DNA from: Macrostomum lignano
Taxonomy: Eukaryota
Direction: 5' to 3'
Length of the DNA: 64,000 nucleotides
NCBI GenBank assembly: GCA_002269645.1
Contig: NIVC01001518.1
Coordinates: 1-64,000, forward strand
Each line of letters starts with the position of its first letter. The first letter of the stretch is position 1. Shown piece after piece: positions 13,595-24,559 of this stretch. The notes below the pieces were generated by a model. It did no database searches. It was not told the DNA's origin and saw only the letters and a list, made by a program, of their open reading frames with translations. The position numbers and the translations under genes are program-made.

Positions 13595-14315
13595 TGTGTA
13601 CCCCACCCGGCCTAGTCCGGTCCGGGCAGGCCAGCCAAACTCTCAAACCAATCAGATCACCAGAACTCTAGGTGGCGTGCAAGCCGGATACACATCACGC
13701 CCCCCCCCCCTCGAAAAAGCAATGAGAAGCAATGCATGGGGAACACAACAGTCCATAGAATGCACACAGTCAAAAGTTATTCAGTTCGCCAATCAACTCG
13801 GGCTAAACCGGACCGGAGCTCTTCTTGTTCGGCCGCTTCGTCTCAGCGGAGTCAACGGCGTCTCATTTACCAGCGCCCTTGCTTGCGCCTAGTCCGGCAT
13901 CGGGCGTGTGGCTATCCGCTGACGATGTACTCGGAATGCGAATCAGGTTGCCAGAGTGCCATCGCGTGCCATCGTCTAGCAGCCAGGACTCCGCGCCCAG
14001 TCATTGGGTGATCCTTCGAGTCTCGCCGAGCCCTGTCGCCGTCTGTGACTTGCAGACGCGGAAGGAGTCGCTCACAGTCGCGAGGGTCGGACTCCATGGC
14101 GCCGATCGGTGCCCAGCCTGGCCTTCTCGACTCCTTGTTGGCCTGGACTCGATGCTCGGTCCCCGATGGCGCCGTTGGAATCAGGGGCGGATGCCTCGGC
14201 CCACTGGCTCAGAGGTCCTCGAAACGGCAGACCGATCATCAGCTCAGCCGGCGTCAGGCCCGTGGTTGCATTCGCTGTCGACCGGTAGCATTGCAGAAAC
14301 TCGCGGATTGCCTCC
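13595..14315 (-). mobile_element. Ty3/Gypsy LTR retrotransposon 3' relic (integrase C-terminus, polypurine tract, short putative LTR 13595-13697)
   Basis: 'EAIREFLQCYRSTANATTGLTPAELMIG' matches the Gypsy integrase 'L..YR.TP..TTG.SPAEL..G' motif. On the minus strand GAGGGGGGGGGGG is followed by TGATG...TACACA. Truncated at TTAA 14316-14319. Confidence 0.65.
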
Positions 14316-15298
14316 TTAACAGTAGGAATACCAAGCCATTTTTCCGCCCGTCGAACTACCAAGAGGGGGGGAAAAATTTCCCCCCCGCTGACAATTTTTT
14401 TTGCTGCGCCGGAACGGAGCAACGCAGGCACACGAAATTCAAGAACACGGGCTAACTTTTTGTTGCGCACCTTCTCAAACAAGAATCAAGTCGCCAGCCC
14501 TTCGGACCGTCGAAATATTCGACGATTCTTCCAGAAGGTCGGATTTTTCCCATAAGCGCTAGTGTATTCAGTACACCCCTGTGCGCCAAATGGCACTGCG
14601 CCTCAGTGCAGCCTTGCCAAGTCTCCATATTTCATCAGCACGTCGACCAAATGTGTCTGCATCAGTTCTGACTTCGTTGGTTACTGGCCTTCCCCGAGAC
14701 GGAGCTTCTAGACCTTCAACAGGTGGCACCAGGTGACTATGGACAGCCTATTGCAAATATGTCAGGTTTTTCTTATCAAGCTTCAATAATGAGCAAACCT
14801 CAACTGCTGGACATCCTCAGCTAGTCAGTCAAGCATTCAGCCATCACCCCGACGCCGTCGGCACCTTCAACAGGTGGCACCAGGGGAGTAAGGACACCTG
14901 AGCGTGATTTTTCATCATGCTCTTAACATTTCTGAAGCTCTCAAAATTTTTAAAGCACGGACATTGCCATAGTTAAGCTTGAACTCATGTTGCTGTATAT
15001 TTATATTATTATTACACATACTTTTATGCATACGAGCTACATACATATTTTATTCGAAAAGCTGTTTAGTTTATTCAACTATAATATTGAACCCAATTTT
15101 TATGCAGAAAGGGTTATGCTTCTAAGAAGCTGTGAAGTCTGGGTTTGCGTGCCGAAAAGGTGGCCTCTGTATGGCTCTGTTTACTCAATATATTTATTAG
15201 TCAATATTGTGGGGTGGGGTGCAGCGATGCGCGATTGGTCGAGAATTGTTAAACAAGTTTAGGCGAGAGAATGAGTCATGAATAATAATGGTATATTC

Positions 15299-15391
15299 TT
15301 CTGCAGTCGGGATGCATGATATCGGTATAACACGCGAGCGCCGGTAGGCGCGAGTCGTGTTATTCCAATATCATGCATCCCGACTGCAGAA
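15299..15391. repeat. 93-bp hairpin (24-bp perfect stem TTCTGCAGTCGGGATGCATGATAT, plus inner ATAACACG/CGTGTTAT stem)
   Basis: Direct inverted repeat about 230 bp upstream of the Crypton exons. Confidence 0.85.
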
Positions 15392-15621
15392 AAGTGCATT
15401 GACTAGTGTTTCCAAATAGGCTAGTTGTTTATGATCGAGAAAGACAACGCAGTCTCAGTAGAATCTGTCTAGTTCAATTTTGTTATGTCATTTATCTCTC
15501 TCCCTCGCTGCCTTCTGATTGGCTCTCAGTTCTCGCCTCTTTCCTCGGTTGCGGACTCCACCCCACCCCCTGTCTTATCTTACACCCCCTCCAGTATATT
15601 TGAATAAATATACCCGTTTAG

Positions 15622-16201
15622 GCCCTGCGCTTCGCTATCGTTTTTTTCCGAAGCCTCTCCAAGGCCAATCTTTAAAACCGTACCGTTTCTCCGAGAAGAC
15701 CGCTCGAGGATATCGATTCCTTCAAGAGTTTATGAAGAAACTTTGTGCGAGGGCCGGTCAAAGCAAGGTCTACACTAATCACTGTATTAGGTAAGTAAAT
15801 TTCGTTTTCCGATATGGTATATAAATAGTATATAAATAGTATATTTATAAATAATAGTTTTAACTAGTTCATGTAAAATTACTTTTCTTTGATTCTCCCA
15901 CAGAGTCACTAGAGTGTGCGATCTAGACGCCGCTGGCCATTCGCTGCAAGACATAATGCTTATTACCGGTCAGAAATGTGAGAAGACGGTCAAAAGGTAT
16001 TTAACCAGGTGCCGGGACCGCAGTCTGTTCAGGAGTTCCAAGGCAGTGAACTGTGCACTAAGCCGGCATATTCCAAGCACAAGCACAATGCCGTCCAATG
16101 AGGCGTCTTTCTCTGCTAATGCGAGCGGCTCTATCAGTTCTACTGTCTGCACGCAAGTGATGACGGATCACCAGTTGCAATGCCACCCCACAATCAATTG
16201 A
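15622..16201 (+). mobile_element. Crypton (DUF3504-type) tyrosine recombinase C-terminal remnant, two exons (15622-15790, 15904-16201)
   Basis: Splicing AG|GTAAGT(15791)...CCACAG|(15903) yields 'FMKKLCARAGQSKVYTNHCIRVTRVCDLDAAGHSLQDIMLITGQKCEKTVKRY'. This matches the Crypton 'YTNHSLRAT....L..AG....I...TGH.....L..Y' motif, with the second His as Gln. Confidence 0.75.
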
Positions 16202-16679
16202 CGAGCCGGTTCCTCGGCCAGTTCATATCGAGGCCTGTACGTCCGACCAAGAATATGCGTGTTTGCATTGACGGCAACAACAATTTTATTAACACTGTGT
16301 TTGAGTAGGGCGTATCTATCAAAAATACTAATTCTTCGAGAGAAACTATGGCTTTAGACATTTCCCCCTCATTTTCATGCTATAAGTAGTTGTTGTTTAT
16401 AATTTACAATTATAAACCGTATAAATAAAAAATTAATCATCTAATAATTAATATTTGGGTCATCTAAAAACTCGTTAAACTAATGTTTTTTTCTATGGAC
16501 AATAGCACGCATCCCGCGTGCGTGTTAATGGGTAGCGAAATGCTTGTCAATGTGGGGCAGAGAGTGCAGCGCACGGCCTACGCCCTACAGAAGCCAGTAA
16601 ATTCAATCCGTTTTTTCATTTTTTTAATGATTCAGAAATGTTAAGAGCATGATGAAAAATCACGCTCAGGTGTCCTTAC

Positions 16680-17460
16680 TCCCCTGGTGCCACCTGTTGA
16701 AGGTGCCGACGGCGTCGGGGTGATGGGTGAATGCTTGACTGACTAGCTGAGAATGTCCAGCAGTTGATTTTTGCCCACTATCGAGGCTTGATCGGTGAAA
16801 CTAGAGAAATTCGCATCAGGGTGTCCATAGTCACTTGGTGTCATCTGTTGAAGGAGCCGACGGCGTCGGGATGATGACGGAATGCTTGAGAGACTAGCTG
16901 AGAATGTCCAGCAGTTGATTTTTGCCCACTGTCGAGGCTTGATCGGCGAAACTAGAGAAATTCGCAACAGGCTGTCCATAGTCACCTGGTGTAATCTGTT
17001 GAAGGAGCCGACGGCGTCGGGATGATGACGGAAGGCTTGAGAGACTAGCTGAGAATGTCCAGCAGTTGATTTTTGCCCACTGTCGAGGCTTGATCGGCGA
17101 AACTAGAGAAATCAGCATCAGGTTGTCCATAGTCATCTGGTGTCATTTGTTGAAGGTGCCGACGTCATCGGGGTGATGACGAAATGCTCGAGAGACTAGC
17201 TGACAATGTCCGTCGGTTGAGGTTTGCCCATTATTGAAGCTTGATAAGAAAGACCTGACATATTTGCAACAGGACGTCCATAGTCACCTGATGCTACCTG
17301 TTGAAGGTGCCGACGGTGTCGGGATGATGAAGGAATGCTCAGGAGACTAGCTGAGGGTGTCTGGCAGTTGAGGCTTGCCTACTGTCGAGGCTTGATCGGT
17401 GAAACTAGAGAAATTCGCATCAAGGTGTTCATAGTCACCTGGTGCCACCTGTTGAAGGTC
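16680..17460. repeat. About 5 copies of a 151-bp tandem unit inside the right foldback arm
   Basis: ORFs 16743 and 16894 are near-identical and offset by 151 bp. The left arm has only about 1.3 units. Confidence 0.85.
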
Positions 17461-17825
17461 TAGAAGCTCCGTCTCGGGGAAGGCCAGTTACCAACGAAGT
17501 CAGAACTGATGCAGACACATTTGGTCGACGTGCTGATGAAATATGGAGACTTGGCAAGGCTGCACTGAGGCGCAGTGCTATTTGGCGCACAGGGGTGTAC
17601 TGAATACACTAGCGCTTATGGGAAAAATCCGACCTTCTGGCAGAATCGTCGAATATCTCGACGGTCCGAAGGGCTGGCGACTTGATTCTTGTTTGAGAAG
17701 GTGCGCAACAAAAAGTTAGCCCGTGTTCTTGAATTTCGTGTGCCTGCGTTGCTCCGTTCCGGCGCAGAAAAAAAAATTGTCAGGGGGGGGGGGAAATTTT
17801 TCCCCCCCTCTTGGTAGTTCTACTG

Positions 17826-20800
17826 TTAAGGACCAAACTGGACGAGACCAGTGCTACAAGGCGGCTATAAAGCCTTTAATTATCAGGCGTATGTGGAATC
17901 GTGTGAAAATTTTCGCTGCGAATATTTTTGATTCAAATGAACGAAATGATTGTTACAAGGAGGCAGCAAGTTGTGCCGCTGGATATCACCAATGGGAATG
18001 GGCTTTCAATTTTGCTGGAAAAGTCACCGACACGTGTCTGAGAGATCAATGTTATGCAGAGGCAGCCAAAACTGCAGTGCTTGCTGGACATTTTGACGAA
18101 GGGAAACGCCTTATTCAGCAAGTTACGGACACAAGCACGAAAGAAAAGTACTATATGGAGGCTGTAACATTAGCATCCCACAAGAGTAAATGGGATGCTG
18201 TGAAATTTCTGATTAATTCGGTTGCTACTGAAGACAACATAGATAATTTGTGTCACGCTGCTGTTGAATTTGCAACGAGGAATAAGCAGTGGGAATTTTT
18301 GACATTTCTGCTGGACAAAATAGCTGAACAAGCCACAAAAGATCAGTGCTGCATCGAAGCTACAAAGCTTGCCGTGAGCAAGCAGGAGTCTCAAAAAGTT
18401 TTAGAAATCGCGGAGAAATTTGCTGGTCAATTTGCCTTGGATCAGTGCTACATAGCAGCAGCGAAAACCCTTGTACTTGGCAACCGTTTTAAAAAATTGA
18501 CTGATTTGCTATCTCGAATCAGCGATAAAAAAGAACATGATAGTTTCTGCTTTCAGGAAGCAGAAAAAGTAATGAGACGTCGGAATCGTTCCAAAGTGAC
18601 AAGTTTATTAATTGGTAGAATTACTGACAATCATATGAAAAGGGAGTGTCGCATCAATGCAGTTTACTGTTTTGCATCAAAGGGAAATATGAAACTAGTC
18701 GAAGATCACTTGTCGAAATTTCCTACCGACCAAAAAAAGCAGTGCTACAAGATGGCTGCAAAATGCGCTGCAAACAATTGTCACCGGAAAGCGGCAAAAT
18801 TTTTCATGCAGAAAGTCAAAGATAAACATTTAAACTACGAGTGCTGCACTGAGGTGGGAAGATCTGCGGCAGCTAAGGGCCAGCTTGAAGAAATAAAATT
18901 TCTGTGTGATTGGATACAAAGTCAAACAAATGACGTTCAAAAACTTTTTGAGTTTCATAAAATTTGTGCAGTCGAGGCTTGCAATCATTTTAAAGAAAAC
19001 ATTCTTGAGTTTATTGGTCTCAAACCTGACTGGCTCTTCCAATCCAGCACCATCCTCAGCTTCACTGTAGCGATGGCCATCGAAGGCAGAAACTCTGTTC
19101 TCACCGACACCCTCTCTCGAATGCAGCCAGCTCGCATCACACAGCTGCTCCGTCTCTCCATCTCACAAAGACACGTCGCTCTTGCTGTCACACTGATCAA
19201 TGATGAGCGAGTCAGCACAGAGCATGTCGATCTGCCAGACAGCACTGGAGCCACTGCTCTCATGCTGGCAGCTGATGCAGGTCATCACGAACTCATTGAG
19301 AAACTCATCGATCTCGGTGCGTCAGTGCGTGCTGAAGACAGTCAGGGTCGGACTGCTCTGTCACGAGCGTGCGAAGCCGGTCACGTGCGAGCAGCCAAGG
19401 CTCTGATGGACAGAGGAGCGGATGCATGTCATCGAGACGGTCGGGGTCTGTCGTGTGCGCAGGTGGCACAGCTATTCGAGCAGCGGCAGGTGCTGCGGCT
19501 GCTGGATCGCAGTGGAGCGGGGTGAGTGAGGCAATAATTTCATCCATTTTAGAATAAATGGCATAAATGCGTGAAGTTCAAAACACTTCAGCCGTTAATT
19601 TTTATGTAAAACTTAGATAAAGCGTCTCCGATACACCAAATGTTTTTTTTATTCACGAATTGCAGAAGCCCAGAGGCCCGGCAGGCAGTCGCTCATCGCT
19701 TGGATTGGGGCCTCCATCGGTGAGTCTGACCGGTTCGGCTTTTGCTGCCGCATTGCTCCTTCTAACAGGCTGGCAGCTTGGGGCAGAAATTGCGGCGAAA
19801 CTTAGCAAGGTTGAGATTGGGTTGGACTGAGCGCTGCAGCAGCTGCGCTCTCAACTCTCCTGCTTTTTCTGTCCGAGCAAATCACCCACACGCATCTCGG
19901 ATCATTCCAGGTTCTCAGACGACTCTCAGCAAGACAGGTTCCTGAGCGAGGAGCTGCATCGACTGCTCAGCAATGCGAGATTCACCGAGGAGAGAGCAGA
20001 GTGTCAGCAGAACCTGGCTGACTGGCTGCAAGGAGTCGCTGGAGTTCTCACACAGGATGGCAATCGCAGGCAGATGACGGGCAGCTACGCAGAAGGCTGG
20101 GCCAACAGTCTGGTGCAAGTGAACGGCAGGACAGCTGCAGACTCGGACAATGACTGGACTGTGCTGGTTGCTGGGCAAGAGTTCCATCTGGAAGGTGGCT
20201 GCAAAGGAAAATATGGTTCCTGCAGAGACGACGCCACTCGGCTGCAGGTCACGAAGGGCCACGCACTGGTGGCAGTGGGAGCAGGTCAGTGAGGCTGGGT
20301 TCATTCTCATAATGCTTGTTGTGGTGCGAGTACTAAGTACGAGGTATAGGGTATTGAGTACTTTAATCGTATCGTATTTACGCTCGTATGTTTCAATGTA
20401 TTCCATTCTCGATCAACTCAAACCATTACGAAGCATTTAGTTCAAGGATATAAAAATAAAGCAGCAGTCAGTCGAGACTCCACAATTCTCAAATCTCATT
20501 CGCATAAACAACCCAAGCGTTCAATACACAATATTACTGAGATCGGAATGCAACTGGAAGCCCATTTTAACAGTAGAAAGACCACGCTATTTTCCCCATG
20601 GGGAAAGACCACGGGGGTGTATTACAAATACACACGACCCATTTTACGATATTTCGCAAACTATGTAAAAGTCCACCATATATATATAAATTTTTCGCCC
20701 TTTCCGACGAACTAACTTTCAAAGTCATCCGACGTCAGGATCGTCGAGATATTCAACGATTCTTGTCGAAGACACTGGTGGCAAGGACAACCAACACTAC

Positions 20801-23326
20801 ACTGTACTAACCTTTGTGGTGAATCCATATTGGCTCAATAATCTGGGTCCATTTGTCGTAGACGCCTTTTTTCTCAGCATCCCAGACACCAGGGTCTCCT
20901 TCGTCACAGTCTGGAGCATCGGCGGCGACCGTCGGGACCTTCAACAAAAGCACCCGATCGGAATCTCAGAGACGGCTGCATTCCCAAAACTGAAACGCAA
21001 GAATCCTCTTCTGTATGCAGCATTCATTCAGTAGAGATAATCGGTGAATGAAATGGACGATGGCGACCCTCTAGACTGACCTGTAGACATACAGGCGACA
21101 TTCGGGACCGTCAACGGAGTGCCGACCCGTCAGAGCGGCCCCGACGAGCTAGCTGACACCGCCAACGCCAACATCCTGCTTTTTCTATGAAGGCAGCAAA
21201 CCAGACATGTCTGCATATTATACAATGATTCTGCACCATGTTCAGCATTCAGCTCTATCTGGACGATTTCCGGGACCTTCAGCGGAGTGACATCACGCTG
21301 TCCTGACGAGCTGGCACCCCAAACATCGTGATTTTTCTATCAAGGCACCAAACCAGACATGTTTGTATATTATGCAATGCTTTTGCACCTTGTTAAATTG
21401 GAGAGTTACAGATCACGATGTTTGATCTCATCATCATCTATAATGATTGCTAATTATAGAACTCCTCGGATGTATCCATCACTTTCCCCAGTCGAACGTC
21501 TATGGTCTCAGTGTAAATTTCATTTATTTGCATCGATGCAAAGTGAGGGATACATAAATATGCATTTTTCAGTTACCGTGTAAATAACGCCGGTGTTATT
21601 GACACGGTACTGTGCAAAATAACGACTACCAAGTAAAAAATACATGTTTTCAAAGGGCAAGGGCATCGAAATTACTAGCCAAGAGAAAATCTGCAGTTTC
21701 AAACCAACCCATCTTTTCACTTGCCACAAAGCGACTCTCCGCTCACTGCGCTCTGTAGGCAGCCAACCTGCAGTGACAGCCACGGCGTGCGGTGTGCGGT
21801 CTGCACAGGACACGTGCCATGCGATCCAGTGCTGCAGCAATTTCTATAAGGACAGCAATGATATAGTTCACCTCGTGCGGGCGACCAGACCGAGCTCGAC
21901 CAACGAGCTCAGAGTGAGCTTCAGCTTCCAAGAGAAAGACATCATGAGACGGCTGAGCACAGTCCAGGGCCAGCTGTTCACACTCATCAAGTTCATCTTC
22001 AAGAGACACTTGCCGCTCACTCTGGACACACCTGGACTCAAGACCTACCATGCAAAGACTCTGCTCTTCACAATGCTAAAGAAGCATGGCACAAATCCTA
22101 AACTTGAGGCTTGGCAGCCCCACAATCTGATCGCTCTGCTCAACGAGTCTCTCGACATGATGCTGAGCTTCATCGACTCAAGCAGCTCGCCCGATGAGTG
22201 CATGCCACACTTCTTCATGCCCGACGCTCCGCTCTACTTCAAGAACGCTGGAATCGGCGGCGACTTCGACAACACGAAGGCGAGGGTTCGAGACCGACTT
22301 TGTGAGCTGAGAAGCGACATCGGCGGAGTGATTGAGCAGCTGAGGAGACTCGTGAGACCTCTGCAGTCAGAGAAGTTCTACTTTCACCCGTTCACTCTGC
22401 TGCCTCTGACAGCGCCGCCTGTTGTCACGGAGATCAGGAAAGGACGTGGCTCTCAGGAAATGTACTACAAGTTTGCAAAAGTGTACGGTGTGGTGCACCA
22501 GTGTGTGAGCGAGCTGCAGTCAGAATCGAGCAACAGAGACACCCTGATGAGGCAGCTCAGTCTCCTGCATAAGCTGCCGTGGTGCAAGTGCGCCGCCCTG
22601 TGCATGACCGCCATGGCGCATTTGAAGTTCGGAGAATCTGAGGAGGCTGAGAGACTCGCGATGGAGCTGCAGAGACATCAGGTTGAGTCTGGGTTGAGGC
22701 CACAGGATATTCAAGTGACAACCTTTAGCAAAACTGAATTGCCAGCAGACTCAGACTGGGCGTGGAGGTTCTGCCTCCCCTGCGACTCTCCGCCTCGCTT
22801 CCCATTCCTTCCCGAGTTCACGCAGACTCTGTTCACAGCCAGACTGTCGCAGCCTCTCTCCTCCCACCTGTACGTGAACTTCCGCTGCCTGAGCTGGAGT
22901 CTCCAAGCTGAGCTGCTCCGCAATCGCGCACCTGCAATCGCATTCGATCATTGGATTGAACAGCTGCTTGGAGACCCGGACTTGGAGGAGCTGCTCACTC
23001 TGGCTCACTACAGCGACTGCCGCGAGCACGTGGAGCTCAGCCTGCAGCAGATGGAGATGATCGAGAAAGAGAGACGCGTCGCCATGGAGACGCAGGACGA
23101 GGAGAAGATCGGCTGGGTCAGGCAGAAGCGGTGGCGAGTTTCGAACCGCAGTGGCAGCGACAGCGGCGCTCACCGCAGCAGGGAAGATAAGGAGCGGAGG
23201 CTGTGGGCGAGGGCGAGGCTGCAGCGAGACGGGGCCGACCTGGGTCGCCTGGTTGCCATGGAAACTGCAGCGGAGCAGAGAGACAGCTGGACTCACGCCA
23301 AGCTCAGTCGGATGAGACTGCAGTGA
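17826..23326 (+). CDS. Gene A: 33-aa helical repeats - ankyrin repeats - Mab-21/cGAS-like nucleotidyltransferase (cGLR); exons ~17826-19521, 19666-19719, 19911-20284, 21759-23326; 5' end abuts the foldback arm
   Basis: Splice phases chain in frame (GG|GTGAGT ph2; 54-nt exon ph2-2; CCAG|GTTC ph2; GCAG|GTCAGT ph1; GTAG|GC). ANK motifs 'GATALMLAADAGH' and 'GRTALSRACEAGH'. NTase 'TGSYAEGW..DSDNDW', third Asp 'QDTCHAI', Mab-21 motifs 'LRVSFSFQEK', 'LKTYHAKTLLF', 'CMPHFFMP'. Confidence 0.8.
20567..21400 (+). mobile_element. Diverged intronic element, possibly of the same TTAA|CAGTAG family as the foldback arms
   Basis: TTAACAGTAGAAAGACC at 20567. Imperfect ~150-170-bp repeats with GGACCTTCA.C and TTTCTATCAAG motifs, like the 151-bp units. 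Confidence 0.4.
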
Positions 23327-23837
23327 CCTGAGGACTTCGTTGCTCAGATTTTCAAGCTTACCTGTACAGGAATTTTAGACCCAGTAACATTTTTCTTTTT
23401 TACTTTTACCATTGGGGGTTTTATTTCTTTTGTTGAATTCTGTTGAGTTTTCAAGTTTCACGATTTGTATTTGAATTTATTATTTTCTGTCTCCAAATAG
23501 TTTTAATATAAAAATGTGCTTTGACTATGAATAAGATTATTGTCTGTTCATGCTGTTGTGTTTTCCTGCTGCTTTTTGGAAATGAGGACATCGAGATCCA
23601 TCGAATGCGAACAGCCCTCCCGCTATGAACTGCAGTTTTGTACATCTGTGCTGCGATTCAATTTACACTGCATGCTGAATTGATTTTTTCGTTTAAACTG
23701 CGTGTCTGCTTTGATGCGGGCTTTTCTCTGTTATTTTGTTCTGCGGACTTCAATGCTCAATGGCCAATGCTTTTTAATGACAATGTTTAAGCCAAAAAAT
23801 GTACAGGTAGTAATTGTCTGCATGGACCTAGAAAATT

Positions 23838-23905
23838 CAGAGATCGGCTGAGTCAGGGAGAAGCTGGAGAGACTTGATGCAGAAGCTTTGGTTGAACTCG
23901 TAATT
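23838..23905 (+). pseudogene. Short relic of the cGLR C-terminal junction ('IG*VREKLERLD')
   Basis: AGATCGGCTGAGTCAGGGAGAAGCTG matches gene B 35448-35473 AGATCGGCTGGGTCAGGGAGAAGCTG. Confidence 0.55.
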
Positions 23906-24559
23906 TTATAAGCCTCTCGTTGACTTTGCGCCTTTTTTAAGCATGCATCATGTACCCAGCAACGATTGATAGCATGACAGCTCCCTCATGAACATTCACT
24001 GACTGACAACCTGACAGCTCCCTCATGAACAGTCACTGACTGGACAGGCAGGTCGCGGCCCCAGTCGCCATTCATTTTTCTGTCCGATCCAAGAGCTCCG
24101 CACGCTGCTGATGATCTCAAAACTGCGGCCATTTCAATATTGACGTCCATATTTTATGCCTGCTCTGTGCCATAAACCAAATACACTGCTTCTGTTTCTA
24201 AATACAGAATGATGCGACCTGCCACTCGCTCTCAGTGACAGCTCTGATGCTCTGCAAGGGAGCCCTGAGTATGCTTGAAATGCCAGCCTTTGTTTTGCAG
24301 ATTTGCCTCATAAAATTCACTTGATGGAGAGGTGCGTGTGTGTGTGGTGATTCAGCGAATTTCTGAGTTGGCCCTGATTGATTAGGGCCAACTCAGTGAG
24401 CTTGACTCGCGGGTTCAGTGAATCTCTGAGGAGCTGCTCTGACATTCTCCCGCAGCAACATGCATGCAGACAGGGGGACGCAGAGAGATGGACAGCCGGG
24501 CCTGTGAGCGCAGCTGTGCAGCAGCAAACTCTTTCGTTATAGATGTTGCGCCTTCATTC

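Larger units (their letters stand above)
14320..17825. mobile_element. Foldback-type composite with long inverted arms (14320-14935, 16631-17825), TTAA at both outer ends and a Crypton relic in the core
   Basis: The arms are reverse complements over about 580 bp (GAACTACCAAGAGGGGGGG...TTAACATTTCTGAA). TTAA|CAGTAG at 14316-14325 and CTACTG|TTAA at 17820-17829. Confidence 0.75.

Noticed and set aside
16680-17460. CRISPR-like regular repeats (also the 31-bp arrays)
   Set aside because: No unique spacers, whole units are repeated, no cas genes, eukaryotic context.
17723-17825. N-terminus of the 600-aa ORF ('MFLNFVCLRCSVPAQKKKLSGGGGNF')
   Set aside because: Lies inside the foldback arm, starts at a non-ATG codon and mirrors 14350-14450; not host coding sequence.
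21743-23296. Minus-strand ORFs overlapping the cGLR exon (likewise 34061-35437, 48687-49199, 57026-58009)
   Set aside because: Antisense shadows of GC-rich coding exons.
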